Below are positions 10,716 to 19,300 of a stretch of 25,057 nucleotides of DNA, in pieces; positions within the stretch are counted from its first letter, which is position 1; each line of letters opens with the position of its first letter. The position numbers and the translations under genes were made by a program. The DNA is from Desulfuromonadales bacterium. Its GTDB lineage: Bacteria > Desulfobacterota > Desulfuromonadia > Desulfuromonadales > SZUA-540. The stretch spans positions 1 to 25,057 of the forward strand of contig JAWSUS010000035.1 of the NCBI GenBank assembly GCA_033549025.1. Reading direction: 5' to 3'. The notes under the pieces are model-generated. The model ran no database searches, was not told the origin of the DNA, and saw only the letters and a list, made by a program, of their open reading frames with translations.

Positions 10716-12869
10716 ATGCCGTCCTTTACAAGCACCAAAACGGAAAATGCTCCCCACCCTGAGGGGAATGGGCAATTTACCGTTCTGCTTGTCGAAGACG
10801 ACCGGGGCATCCGCAACCTCGCCAAAATTCACCTGGAACGTCTGGGCTGCCGCCTGCTGCTGGCCGCCTCCGGCCATGAAGCGGTTGATCTTCTGGATGA
10901 ACACGCCTGCGACCTGATGCTGCTGGACTTCGGCCTTCCCGACATGACCGGGCAGCAGCTCCTTGATGAAATTTCTTCTCGACATCCGCTGCTCCCCTTT
11001 CTGGTCACCACCGGCCACGGCAGTGAAAAAGTTGCCGTGGAATTCATGAAGCGCGGCGCCCTCGACTACGTCATCAAGGATGAAAGTTTCTGGAAAAATC
11101 TCCCCAAGGCCGTGGAAAGGGCCAGGGATCACCTGGCCATGGTCCGTCGCCTCGAAAGAGCGAAGGAAGCCCTGCGCCAGAGCGAAGAACGCTACCGCGC
11201 CCTGACGGAGAACACCAACGACGTCACGCTGATTTTTGACGACAATTTCAGCGTCCACTACGTCAGCCCCTCGGTAGAGCGGGTGCTGGGCCTCCCCCCC
11301 GACGAATTCACCGCTAATGGTCTGACCAAAGCGTTGCACAGCAGCGACCAGCCTCTTTACAAACAAGCCGTGGAACAGGCGGCGACGGCAGCCGGCGAAA
11401 CAGTCAAAATCGACAACTTCCGTCTTCGGCACAAGGATGCCAGCTGGCTCAACATGGAAGGGCAGCTTACCGATCTCCGGCACCTTACCAGCGTCCAGGG
11501 ACTGGTTCTTAACTGTCGGGACATCACCGACCGCGTCAAAGCGGAAACCCGTTTGAGAGAGAATCAGGACCGCCTCAAACACTTGGCCCACCACGACCCC
11601 CTGACCAATTTGCCCAACCGCACCCTTTTCAAGGAACGCCTCAACCAGGCGCTGGCCAAAGCCAGACGCTCCGGCGAGCAGGTGGCCATTGTCTTTCTCG
11701 ACCTCGATCGCTTCAAAAAAGTCAATGACTCCCTCGGTCACGAAGCGGGCGATCGCCTCCTCAAGGATGTGGCTTCACGATTACGTACCTGCATCCGCCA
11801 GTCCGATACCGTCGCCCGTCTTGGCGGCGACGAATTTGTCCTCATTCTGGAGGACATCGACCAGCCGGGCCCGGTCATCGCCGTCGCCAAAAAGATTCTC
11901 GGCGCTCTGGCACAGCCCTTTGCCATCAATGGTTATGAACTCTACGTCACCACCAGCATAGGGATCAGCCTTTTTCCCTCCGATGGCGACGAGGCCACGG
12001 GCTTGATGAAATGTGCCGATGTGGCCATGTATCGGGTGAAACAGCAGGGACGAAACAACTACCAGTTTTATCAACCGGACATGAACGCCAAGGCCCGGGA
12101 GATGCTGTTGATGGAGGGCGCCCTGCGCAAGGCGCTGGATCACAACGAACTGGACGTTTTCTATCAACCGCAGCTGGACCTGGCCACCGGCCGACTGCTC
12201 GGCATGGAGGCCATGCTGCGGTGGATCCACCCCGAGCAGGGCATTCTCTGTCCGCGAGACTTTCTCGCCCTGGCAGAAGAAACCGGACTGATCGAACCCT
12301 ATGGCTATTGGGCCATCCAGGAAGCCTGCCGTCAGAACAAGGAGTGGCAGGATCAGGGATATACGCCGGTTCCCGTTGCCATCAACATCTCCCAGCGCCT
12401 TTTTCACAAAGCCAACCTCGTTTCCAGAATTCGGGACATCCTTGAGCAGACGGGCCTCGCTCCGCAATACCTTGAGTTGGAAATCACCGAAGGCATGGTC
12501 ATGGACGATGTCAATCGCATGCAGTCCACCATGCAACAACTTGATGACATGGGGGTCAAGCTCACCCTCGATGATTTCGGGTCCGGCTACTCCTGCCTCC
12601 GGCAGCTGACCCATTACCCCATCACCAAACTGAAGATCGACCAGAATTTCATCAAAGATGTCGCCATCAGCCCCCAGGACGCGACGATCACCGCGACCAT
12701 CATTGCCCTTGGCCGCGGGATGAAGCTGGAGGTTATCGCCGAAGGGGTCGAGACTCCCGAACAGCTGCGGTTTTTACGGGAGCACCAATGCCGGCAGGCC
12801 CAGGGCTTCCTCTTTTGCCATCCGCTCCCCCCCGAACAGCTCACGAAGTTTCTGGACAAAAACGCCTGA
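10716..12869 (+). CDS. REC-PAS-GGDEF-EAL diguanylate cyclase/phosphodiesterase
   Basis: REC (VLLVEDD, LLDFGLPD), PAS (YVSPSVERVLG...DITDR), HDPLTNLPNR, RQSD-TVARL-GGDEF, EAMLRW, DDFGSGYS, KID, EGVE, QG. Confidence 0.95.
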   Translation: MPSFTSTKTENAPHPEGNGQFTVLLVEDDRGIRNLAKIHLERLGCRLLLAASGHEAVDLLDEHACDLMLLDFGLPDMTGQQLLDEISSRHPLLPFLVTTGHGSEKVAVEFMKRGALDYVIKDESFWKNLPKAVERARDHLAMVRRLERAKEALRQSEERYRALTENTNDVTLIFDDNFSVHYVSPSVERVLGLPPDEFTANGLTKALHSSDQPLYKQAVEQAATAAGETVKIDNFRLRHKDASWLNMEGQLTDLRHLTSVQGLVLNCRDITDRVKAETRLRENQDRLKHLAHHDPLTNLPNRTLFKERLNQALAKARRSGEQVAIVFLDLDRFKKVNDSLGHEAGDRLLKDVASRLRTCIRQSDTVARLGGDEFVLILEDIDQPGPVIAVAKKILGALAQPFAINGYELYVTTSIGISLFPSDGDEATGLMKCADVAMYRVKQQGRNNYQFYQPDMNAKAREMLLMEGALRKALDHNELDVFYQPQLDLATGRLLGMEAMLRWIHPEQGILCPRDFLALAEETGLIEPYGYWAIQEACRQNKEWQDQGYTPVPVAINISQRLFHKANLVSRIRDILEQTGLAPQYLELEITEGMVMDDVNRMQSTMQQLDDMGVKLTLDDFGSGYSCLRQLTHYPITKLKIDQNFIKDVAISPQDATITATIIALGRGMKLEVIAEGVETPEQLRFLREHQCRQAQGFLFCHPLPPEQLTKFLDKNA

Positions 12870-12892
12870 GACAGTCTTCCGCATCTGACTTC

Positions 12893-12922
12893 TTGACAGA
12901 AGGTCAGGCCCTGACGTATTAA
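12893..12922 (+). promoter_or_regulatory. Sigma70 promoter of the riboswitch-btu leader
   Basis: TTGACA (12893-12898), 18 bp, TATTAA (12917-12922). Confidence 0.55.
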
Positions 12923-12940
12923 TTAAAGCCTCACAGAAAC

Positions 12941-13135
12941 GTCCACCGGTGCCCACTAGGGTGAAAAGGGAAGAGGGGTGCAAATCCCCCGCGGACCCGC
13001 CACTGTAAGCGAAGACGAAGGGTTGACAGACCACTGGCCGCCAGGCCGGGAAGGTAACCCCGAGGATGATTCGCGAGCCAGGAGACCTGCCGGTATGGAC
13101 ACACCACATTAACCTCCCCGGGAAACAGGGAGAGT
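12941..13135 (+). ncRNA. Cobalamin riboswitch
   Basis: Hallmarks GGTGCC...AAAAGGGAA, GGTGCAAATCC, CCCGCCACTGTAA, CCACTGG...GGGAAG, B12 box GAGCCAGGAGACCTGCC; P1 GTCCACCGGT/GCCGGTATGGAC; P13-like hairpin near 13113-13133; sits upstream of btuB. Confidence 0.96.
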
Positions 13136-13162
13136 GGAGATTAGCGGCGCTTCAAATACGGG

Positions 13163-13200
13163 AAGCCCGCGCACCTATTTAGGGCTGCGCGGGCTTTTTT
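13163..13200 (+). terminator. Riboswitch expression-platform terminator
   Basis: AAGCCCGCGCA/TGCGCGGGCTT stem followed by T6, between aptamer and btuB. Confidence 0.85.
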
Positions 13201-13255
13201 GCGTTTAAGCGGTCCCCTTTTCGCCATTTTCGTTCGGGGCAAAAGGAGAAATTCG

Positions 13256-15169
13256 ATGAAGAAACACCTGCTCGCCTGCCTGACCCTCGCCCTGCTGCTT
13301 CTGCCAGCGGGCCCTACCCTGGCCCAACCGACCGAGATGGATACGGTGGTGGTTACGGCCACGCGCACTGAACAAGCGATCAAAACCGTCCCAGCCAATG
13401 TTACCGTCATCGACCAGGAAGCCATTGCCACCTCCAACGCACAGAATGTTGTAGAACTTCTCCGCTCTCAGGAAGGAATCGTTGTCAGGGACCTCCTCGG
13501 CAACGGCAAAACAGCCAACGTCGACCTACGCGGATTCGGCGAAACCTCTGCGGCCAACACCCTCGTTCTGGTGGATGGGCGGCGGGTCAATGCCATCGAT
13601 CTCAGCGGCACGGACTGGCTTCAGATTCCACTTAATCAGATTGAACGTATTGAAATTATCAGGGGAACCGGTGGAGTCCTTTATGGCGACAATGCGACAG
13701 GAGGGGTGATCAATATTCTCACCAAAGTTCCCACAACTGGTCTGCACGGTTCAGCAGGTATCGAGGTGGGCAGTTACGACTTCAATAAAGAGAAAGTCTC
13801 ACTAAGTGCATCCCAAGAGAGCCTGGCGGTTTCACTGTTCGCCAGCCGTAGCGACACCGATGGCTACAGGGACAACAATGACCTGCTGGCCAAAGATATT
13901 GGCGGCAAACTAACTTTTTTTGCCACGGACGCCCTGACACTTCGCCTTAACGGTTCTTACCATTACGATGACTACGGTATGCCCGGTGCTCTGACGGCCG
14001 CGACTATGGCTGCCGACCGCAAAGCTGCCCAAAATCCAGATGACGATGCCCAGACCCACGATCGTTACCTTCAGGCTGGCATGGACTTTGACCTCAACGC
14101 CACGAATCATCTCTCAGCCGATCTGTCTTACCGTGATCGGGATACCGATACCAACTTGGTCGGCTGGGCCTATTACGAATCCAGAAACTTAAAAACCTGG
14201 GGATTCACTCCTCGTTACACGTTAGAAACGGATCTGTATGGCCACCTCCATAAAATCATAGCGGGGGCCGACCTTTATCGGTCACAACTGGAAATTGTAT
14301 CCACCTCTAGCCTGGCTGACATCGACAAGGACTCTCTGGGCCTATATATCCAAGATGACTTTTATTTACGCCCCGATCTCATTATATCCGCAGGTGCTCG
14401 TCAGGAATGGGCTCGTTATGATTTTGGTCTAGAAGACGCATCGGAGAGGAATCATGCCTGGTCACTTGGTTTGACTTATCTCTACGGGGACCATTCCTCC
14501 ATCTTTGTGCGTACCAACAAAAGTTTCAGACTGCCTTTAATCGATGAAATGGTCCAGTGGGGTGTTCTCAACAATAATTTGCGTCCTCAAACCGGCATGC
14601 ATTACGAAACAGGCATTCGTCACCAATTTTCAGATCTGCTGACTGGGAGGCTCACTCTTTTCCAGGCCGACATTAAAAACGAAATTTTCTATAACCCGAT
14701 CGATTACTCCAACCAAAACCATCCCGAGACAAGAAGAAGGGGCTTGGAATTGGGGGCGGATCTCAATCTATGCAAATATGTTTCCCTCACCGGCAATTAC
14801 AGCTACACAAAAGCCACCTTTGAAAAAGCCCCCTTCGAAGGCAATGACGTACCGTCGGTGCCCAGACACAAAGCCAATATGACCGCCAAACTGACGGATA
14901 TCATTCCAGGTACAATTCTGTCAGCCACGTACAATTATATGGGCTCAGCCTACGCTATTAGTGACCAGTCAAACCTTTTGGGAAAAGTTAACAGTTTCCA
15001 CACGCTGGACGCCAAAGTTTCCTATGCATGGAAAAATTTCAAAACTTTTTTCGGTGTTAACAACCTCACCGATGAAAAATACAACCAGTACGTCGTAAAC
15101 TATGGTGCTCTAAATTATTATCCGGCCGCTGAACGGAACTGGGTTGCGGGCCTGGAAGGTAATTTCTAA
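13256..15169 (+). CDS. btuB: TonB-dependent receptor, probable cobalamin transporter
   Basis: Signal peptide, TonB box DTVVVTATR, plug motifs LRGFG, LVLVDG, IERIEIIRG..GVLYG, C-terminal Phe; downstream of B12 riboswitch; AAGGAG RBS. Confidence 0.88.
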   Translation: MKKHLLACLTLALLLLPAGPTLAQPTEMDTVVVTATRTEQAIKTVPANVTVIDQEAIATSNAQNVVELLRSQEGIVVRDLLGNGKTANVDLRGFGETSAANTLVLVDGRRVNAIDLSGTDWLQIPLNQIERIEIIRGTGGVLYGDNATGGVINILTKVPTTGLHGSAGIEVGSYDFNKEKVSLSASQESLAVSLFASRSDTDGYRDNNDLLAKDIGGKLTFFATDALTLRLNGSYHYDDYGMPGALTAATMAADRKAAQNPDDDAQTHDRYLQAGMDFDLNATNHLSADLSYRDRDTDTNLVGWAYYESRNLKTWGFTPRYTLETDLYGHLHKIIAGADLYRSQLEIVSTSSLADIDKDSLGLYIQDDFYLRPDLIISAGARQEWARYDFGLEDASERNHAWSLGLTYLYGDHSSIFVRTNKSFRLPLIDEMVQWGVLNNNLRPQTGMHYETGIRHQFSDLLTGRLTLFQADIKNEIFYNPIDYSNQNHPETRRRGLELGADLNLCKYVSLTGNYSYTKATFEKAPFEGNDVPSVPRHKANMTAKLTDIIPGTILSATYNYMGSAYAISDQSNLLGKVNSFHTLDAKVSYAWKNFKTFFGVNNLTDEKYNQYVVNYGALNYYPAAERNWVAGLEGNF

Positions 15170-15179
15170 ACCTCTCTTT

Positions 15180-15208
15180 TTGACAGTCCGGCTCTTTTTT
15201 GCCATAGT
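15180..15208 (+). promoter_or_regulatory. Internal sigma70 promoter between btuB and btuF
   Basis: TTGACA (15180-15185), 17 bp, CATAGT (15203-15208) with TGn extension. Confidence 0.55.
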
Positions 15209-15232
15209 CCAACTGTTTAAATTCAATCAGGT

Positions 15233-15286
15233 CGGGGGATGCCATCCAGCACTTTGCCATAATGGCATCCCCCGCCTTTTCTCTTT
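15233..15286 (+). terminator. Strong hairpin with pyrimidine tail upstream of btuF
   Basis: 13-bp stem CGGGGGATGCCAT/ATGGCATCCCCCG, 16-nt loop, then CCTTTTCTCTTT. Confidence 0.6.
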
Positions 15287-15298
15287 GAAGCGGTCCCT

Positions 15299-16198
15299 AT
15301 GACCCAGCGTCTTCTGACTTTTTTTCTCGTCTTTTTTCTGTGGGCGAGCTCCGCGGTGAGCGCCACCTGGACGGACGCCGTCGGCCGCACGGTGCAGGTG
15401 CCTGACCACCCGCAGCGCCTTGTCTCCCTGGTACCGAGCCTCACGGAGATTCTCTTTGCCCTGAATCTGGGCGACAGGCTGGTCGGGGCGACCCAGTTCT
15501 GCACTTATCCCCCCGCCGCCGCCCAGGTGCCGCGCGTCGGCAACTACATGCAGCCGAGCCTGGAAGCTATCGTCGCCAGCAAGCCCGACCTGGTCTTCGC
15601 ATCCGCCGACATGGCGGCCCCGGCCCTGGTGGCGCAGCTGGACAAGATCGGGATTGCCACTTTCGTCGTCGCCCCCCGCGACCTGGATTCCACCATCGCC
15701 ACCATCCGCACCATCGGGTCGGTACTCGAAGAGACCGCCACAGCCGACCAGCTGGCCCGCGACATGGAAGAAGCCTTCTGCCGTATTCGTGCGGCCACCG
15801 AAAATCGGCCCCAACCTCGCGTCTTGCTGGCGATTATGGTCAATCCCCTGACGGTTGCCGGCCCCAACACGCTGGGGCACCATCTGATCGAAACAGCCAG
15901 GGGGATCAATGTCGTGCCGGATGGGCCCGGCCGCTATCCGACCTGGAGCATGGAAGCCGTGCTCGCCGCCGATCCCGATGTCATCATCGTCTCCCCCAAC
16001 CCCGGCGAGGCGAACCCCGCCGCCCATTTCGCCGCCTGGCCTCAACTGCGGGCCGTCCGGGAGAATCGCGTGGTCACCATACCTGATCCGGACTGGGTCT
16101 ACCGGCCAGGTCCCCGCCTGATGCTGGGTCTGGAGGCTATCGCCCGCGCCCTGCACGGCAGCGAACTGCGGCTTGAGGATGTCTCATGCGCGCCCTGA
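15299..16198 (+). CDS. btuF: Periplasmic cobalamin-binding protein
   Basis: Signal peptide, TDAVGRTV, PQRLVSLVPSLTEILFAL, PSLEAIVASKPDLV, RPGPR. Confidence 0.9.
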   Translation: MTQRLLTFFLVFFLWASSAVSATWTDAVGRTVQVPDHPQRLVSLVPSLTEILFALNLGDRLVGATQFCTYPPAAAQVPRVGNYMQPSLEAIVASKPDLVFASADMAAPALVAQLDKIGIATFVVAPRDLDSTIATIRTIGSVLEETATADQLARDMEEAFCRIRAATENRPQPRVLLAIMVNPLTVAGPNTLGHHLIETARGINVVPDGPGRYPTWSMEAVLAADPDVIIVSPNPGEANPAAHFAAWPQLRAVRENRVVTIPDPDWVYRPGPRLMLGLEAIARALHGSELRLEDVSCAP

Positions 16199-17190
16199 CG
16201 ACACCCTTCCGGAGCCCGGCCTGGCTGCTCATCCTCACCGGCTGTCTGCTTCTCGCTTTCGGCTTTTCTCTATGGGCAGGGCCTCTGCGCATTCCCTTTA
16301 CCGACATCCTCGCCGTCTTTTTCGGCACGGAGACCGATGCGGCCCAGTCCACCGTCGTACTGAAGATTCGACTCCCCCGGGCCGTGCTGGCCGCGCTGGT
16401 CGGCGCGTCTCTCGGCTCGGCCGGCTGCGCTTTTCAGGCGGTACTGCGCAATCCGCTGGCCGATCCGTACGTGCTGGGGGTCTCCGGGGGCGCCGCCCTG
16501 GGCGCCGTAGCCGCCATCTCCCTGGGTTTCGCTTCCGCCATGATCCTGCCCGCGGCCGCCTTTGTCGGCGCTATCGGCGCCCTGGCCCTGGTCTACTGGG
16601 TAGCCCGCGCCCATCGCAGCACCCCGCACACCCTGATCCTCTCCGGCGTCATGGTCGGCAGTTTTGCGGCGGCCCTGCTCCTTTTTCTGCTCTGGCTGGC
16701 CCCGTCGGACCCCGTCCGCTCGGCGATTTTCTGGCTGGCGGGGAATTTGAGCCTGGCCGATCCCAACCTGCTCCCCTGGGCGCTGGCCTGGAGCGCCCTT
16801 GGCTTTGCTGTTCTCTGGCTGCATTTTCCCGCCCTTGACCTGCTGACCCAGGGCGAAGAGGTCGCCGCCGATCTCGGCCTCGCCGTCGGCCGCGCCCGCC
16901 TGCTGGTCTTTGTCGCCGCCGGCGCCCTGACCGCCTGCGCCGTGGCCATGGCCGGACTGGTCGGCTTCGTCGGGCTGGTGGTGCCCCACGCGGCCCGCCT
17001 GCTCTGGGGCCCCGGTCACCGCCGCCTGTTGCCGGCCTCGGCTCTGCTGGGGGCCGCCTTTCTGCTGGCCGCCGATGCCGTTTCCCGCCAGATTCTCGCC
17101 CCGGCCGAAGTGCCCGTTGGCGTGGTGACCGCCCTGCTGGGAGCGCCCTTCTTCCTCTATTTGCTGCGCCGCAGCGAGGGGGGCGCGTGA
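16186..17190 (+). CDS. btuC: Cobalamin ABC transporter permease (FecCD family)
   Basis: IRLPR, RNPLADPYVLGVSGGA, GFVGLVVPH, EVPVGVVTALLGAPFF; overlaps btuF. Confidence 0.92.
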   Translation: MRALTTPFRSPAWLLILTGCLLLAFGFSLWAGPLRIPFTDILAVFFGTETDAAQSTVVLKIRLPRAVLAALVGASLGSAGCAFQAVLRNPLADPYVLGVSGGAALGAVAAISLGFASAMILPAAAFVGAIGALALVYWVARAHRSTPHTLILSGVMVGSFAAALLLFLLWLAPSDPVRSAIFWLAGNLSLADPNLLPWALAWSALGFAVLWLHFPALDLLTQGEEVAADLGLAVGRARLLVFVAAGALTACAVAMAGLVGFVGLVVPHAARLLWGPGHRRLLPASALLGAAFLLAADAVSRQILAPAEVPVGVVTALLGAPFFLYLLRRSEGGA

Positions 17191-18431
17191 TCCGCACCGA
17201 ACACCTTGATTTTGCCTACGGCAAAGAACCGGTCCTGCAGAACCTCGATTTCGAGGTGCGTTCCGGCGAGATTCTGACCATTCTGGGCCCCAACGGCTGC
17301 GGAAAATCGACCCTGCTGCGCCTGCTGCGCGGCCTGCTCAAGCCCACTAACGGCGGCGTCTTCTGGGGTGAACGTCCGGCCCACCGCCTGCGCCGGGTGG
17401 AGATGGCGCGTCTGGCGGCCGTCGTCCCCCAGTTCACCGTGGCCCACTTCCCCTACACCGTGCGGCAGATGACCGCCCTGGGGCGCTTTGCCCACGGCAC
17501 CGCCCTGCGCCCCGAATCAAAGGAGGATCGCCGCGCCATTGAACAGGCCCTGGCCGTCACCGACACCCTGCACCTGGCCGATCGACTCATCACCGGACTG
17601 AGCGGCGGCGAACTGCAGCGCGTCATCCTCGCTCGCGCACTCGCCCAGCAGACGCCAGTGCTGCTCCTGGACGAGGCGACCAGCCATCTCGACCTGGATC
17701 ATCGTCTGGAGATTGCCGATCTGCTGGTGCGCCTCAACCGGGAACAGGGCACGACCATCGTCCAGATATCCCACGACCTCGATCTCGCCGCCCAGATTTC
17801 CCATCGCCTGATGCTCCTTACCGACCAGGGGAGACTGACCGCCCTTGGCCCCCCGGCCGAGGTCCTGACCCCGACCAATCTGCGCAAGGTGTTTCGCGTC
17901 GATCTGCAGGTGGAAACCAACCCCTACACGGGCGCGCCCCGCGTCTTTCCCGTTTCCCAGCGCCGGCAATGGAGCAGCGCCCCTCCTCGCCTGCATGTGA
18001 TCTGCGGGGGCGGGCTCGGCGCCGATACCCTGCGACGGCTGCATGTGGCCGGCTGCAACCTGTCCGTCGGCCCGCTCAACCGCGGCGACTCCGACGCCAC
18101 CCTCGCGCTCGCCCTCGATCTGGATACCGTGCTCGATGAGCCTTTCTGCCCTATTTCCGCCCAGGCGGCCGCCACCGCCGAGACCCTGGCGCTTCAGGCC
18201 GCCGCGCTGGTAGTGGCGCCGACCTGGTGGGGGCCGGGCAACCTGATCTGCCTGCAGCTGGCTCTCGATTGCTGCCGGCAGGGCCGGCCGGTTTTTCTCA
18301 TCGACCCGCAACAGGAGCGGGACTTTACAGAGGGCAAAGCCTGGAACCTCACAGAGAAGATACGGGCGGCGGGCGGCCAGGTGGTGGACGATGCGGAGGA
18401 GGTGCTGAAGCACCTGCGGCGGGACGGTTAA
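17187..18431 (+). CDS. btuD: Cobalamin ABC transporter ATPase with about 150 aa C-terminal extension
   Basis: GPNGCGKS, LSGGE, LLLDE, SHD; GTGA overlap with btuC. Confidence 0.9.
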   Translation: MIRTEHLDFAYGKEPVLQNLDFEVRSGEILTILGPNGCGKSTLLRLLRGLLKPTNGGVFWGERPAHRLRRVEMARLAAVVPQFTVAHFPYTVRQMTALGRFAHGTALRPESKEDRRAIEQALAVTDTLHLADRLITGLSGGELQRVILARALAQQTPVLLLDEATSHLDLDHRLEIADLLVRLNREQGTTIVQISHDLDLAAQISHRLMLLTDQGRLTALGPPAEVLTPTNLRKVFRVDLQVETNPYTGAPRVFPVSQRRQWSSAPPRLHVICGGGLGADTLRRLHVAGCNLSVGPLNRGDSDATLALALDLDTVLDEPFCPISAQAAATAETLALQAAALVVAPTWWGPGNLICLQLALDCCRQGRPVFLIDPQQERDFTEGKAWNLTEKIRAAGGQVVDDAEEVLKHLRRDG

Positions 18432-18469
18432 AAAAGGGGCCAGCGGCGTAGATGCCGCTGGCCCCTTCT
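18430..18469. terminator. Terminator between convergent genes (likely bidirectional)
   Basis: AAGGGGCCAGCGGC (18434-18447)/GCCGCTGGCCCCTT (18454-18467) with A-run on the left. Confidence 0.85.
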
Positions 18470-18491
18470 AAGTTGTGTGCAGTTGACGGGG

Positions 18492-19274
18492 TTAACGATC
18501 GGTAAAGCGGGGCGGACGCTTCTCCAGAAAAGCGCTCATACCCTCCTTCTGGTCCTCGGTGGCGAAGGCCAGGGCGAAGAGTTCAGCCTCGTAGGCACAG
18601 GCCCGATCGAAATCCATTTCCAATCCATTTTCCACCGCCTGTTTGTTCAATTGCAGGGCCACGCGCCCTTTGGCCGCCATCTTCTCGGCCAGACGCCGGG
18701 CTTCCGTCAGCAGTTGGTCGGCGGGCACCACCCGGTTGACCAGGCCGATGCGAAAGGCTTCGGCTGCGTCGATCCGATCGCCGGTAAAGAGCATCTCCTT
18801 GGCCCGTCCCTTGCCCACCAGTCGGGGCAGCCGCTGGCTCCCGCCAAACCCCGGCAGGATACCGATGTTGATCTCGGGCTGGCCGAAGCTGGCCATCTCG
18901 CTGGCTAGGCGGATATCGCAGCACAGGGCCAGTTCGCAGCCGCCGCCGAGAGCGAAGCCGTTGACGGCGGCGATGACGGGTTTGGGTCCTTTCTCGATGA
19001 CTGAAAAGGTCTTCTGCACCTGCAGGGCCATGTGGCGGGCCGCCAGAGGGTCGAGCTTCAGCAGCCCGCTGATGTCGCCGCCGGCGGCGAAGGATTTCTC
19101 CCCGGCGCCGGTGAGAATGATGGCGCGCACCGCCTCGTCGGCGAAGAGCTCCGTAAAAGCCCGATCCAGCTCATCGAGCGTTAGCTGATCCATGGCGTTG
19201 AGCACGCGGGGGCGGTTGATGGTCAGCACCGCCACACCCCGGTCGCTCTCGAGCAGCAAATTTTCGAATGACAT
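18492..19274 (-). CDS. Enoyl-CoA hydratase (crotonase family)
   Basis: INRPRVLNA, FAAGGD, IAAVNGFALGGGCE, FGQPE (both catalytic Glu), EGMSAFLEKR. Confidence 0.93.
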   Translation of the reverse strand: MSFENLLLESDRGVAVLTINRPRVLNAMDQLTLDELDRAFTELFADEAVRAIILTGAGEKSFAAGGDISGLLKLDPLAARHMALQVQKTFSVIEKGPKPVIAAVNGFALGGGCELALCCDIRLASEMASFGQPEINIGILPGFGGSQRLPRLVGKGRAKEMLFTGDRIDAAEAFRIGLVNRVVPADQLLTEARRLAEKMAAKGRVALQLNKQAVENGLEMDFDRACAYEAELFALAFATEDQKEGMSAFLEKRPPRFTDR

Positions 19275-19300
19275 AGGACTCCCTTCTGAGCGCGATTGGA

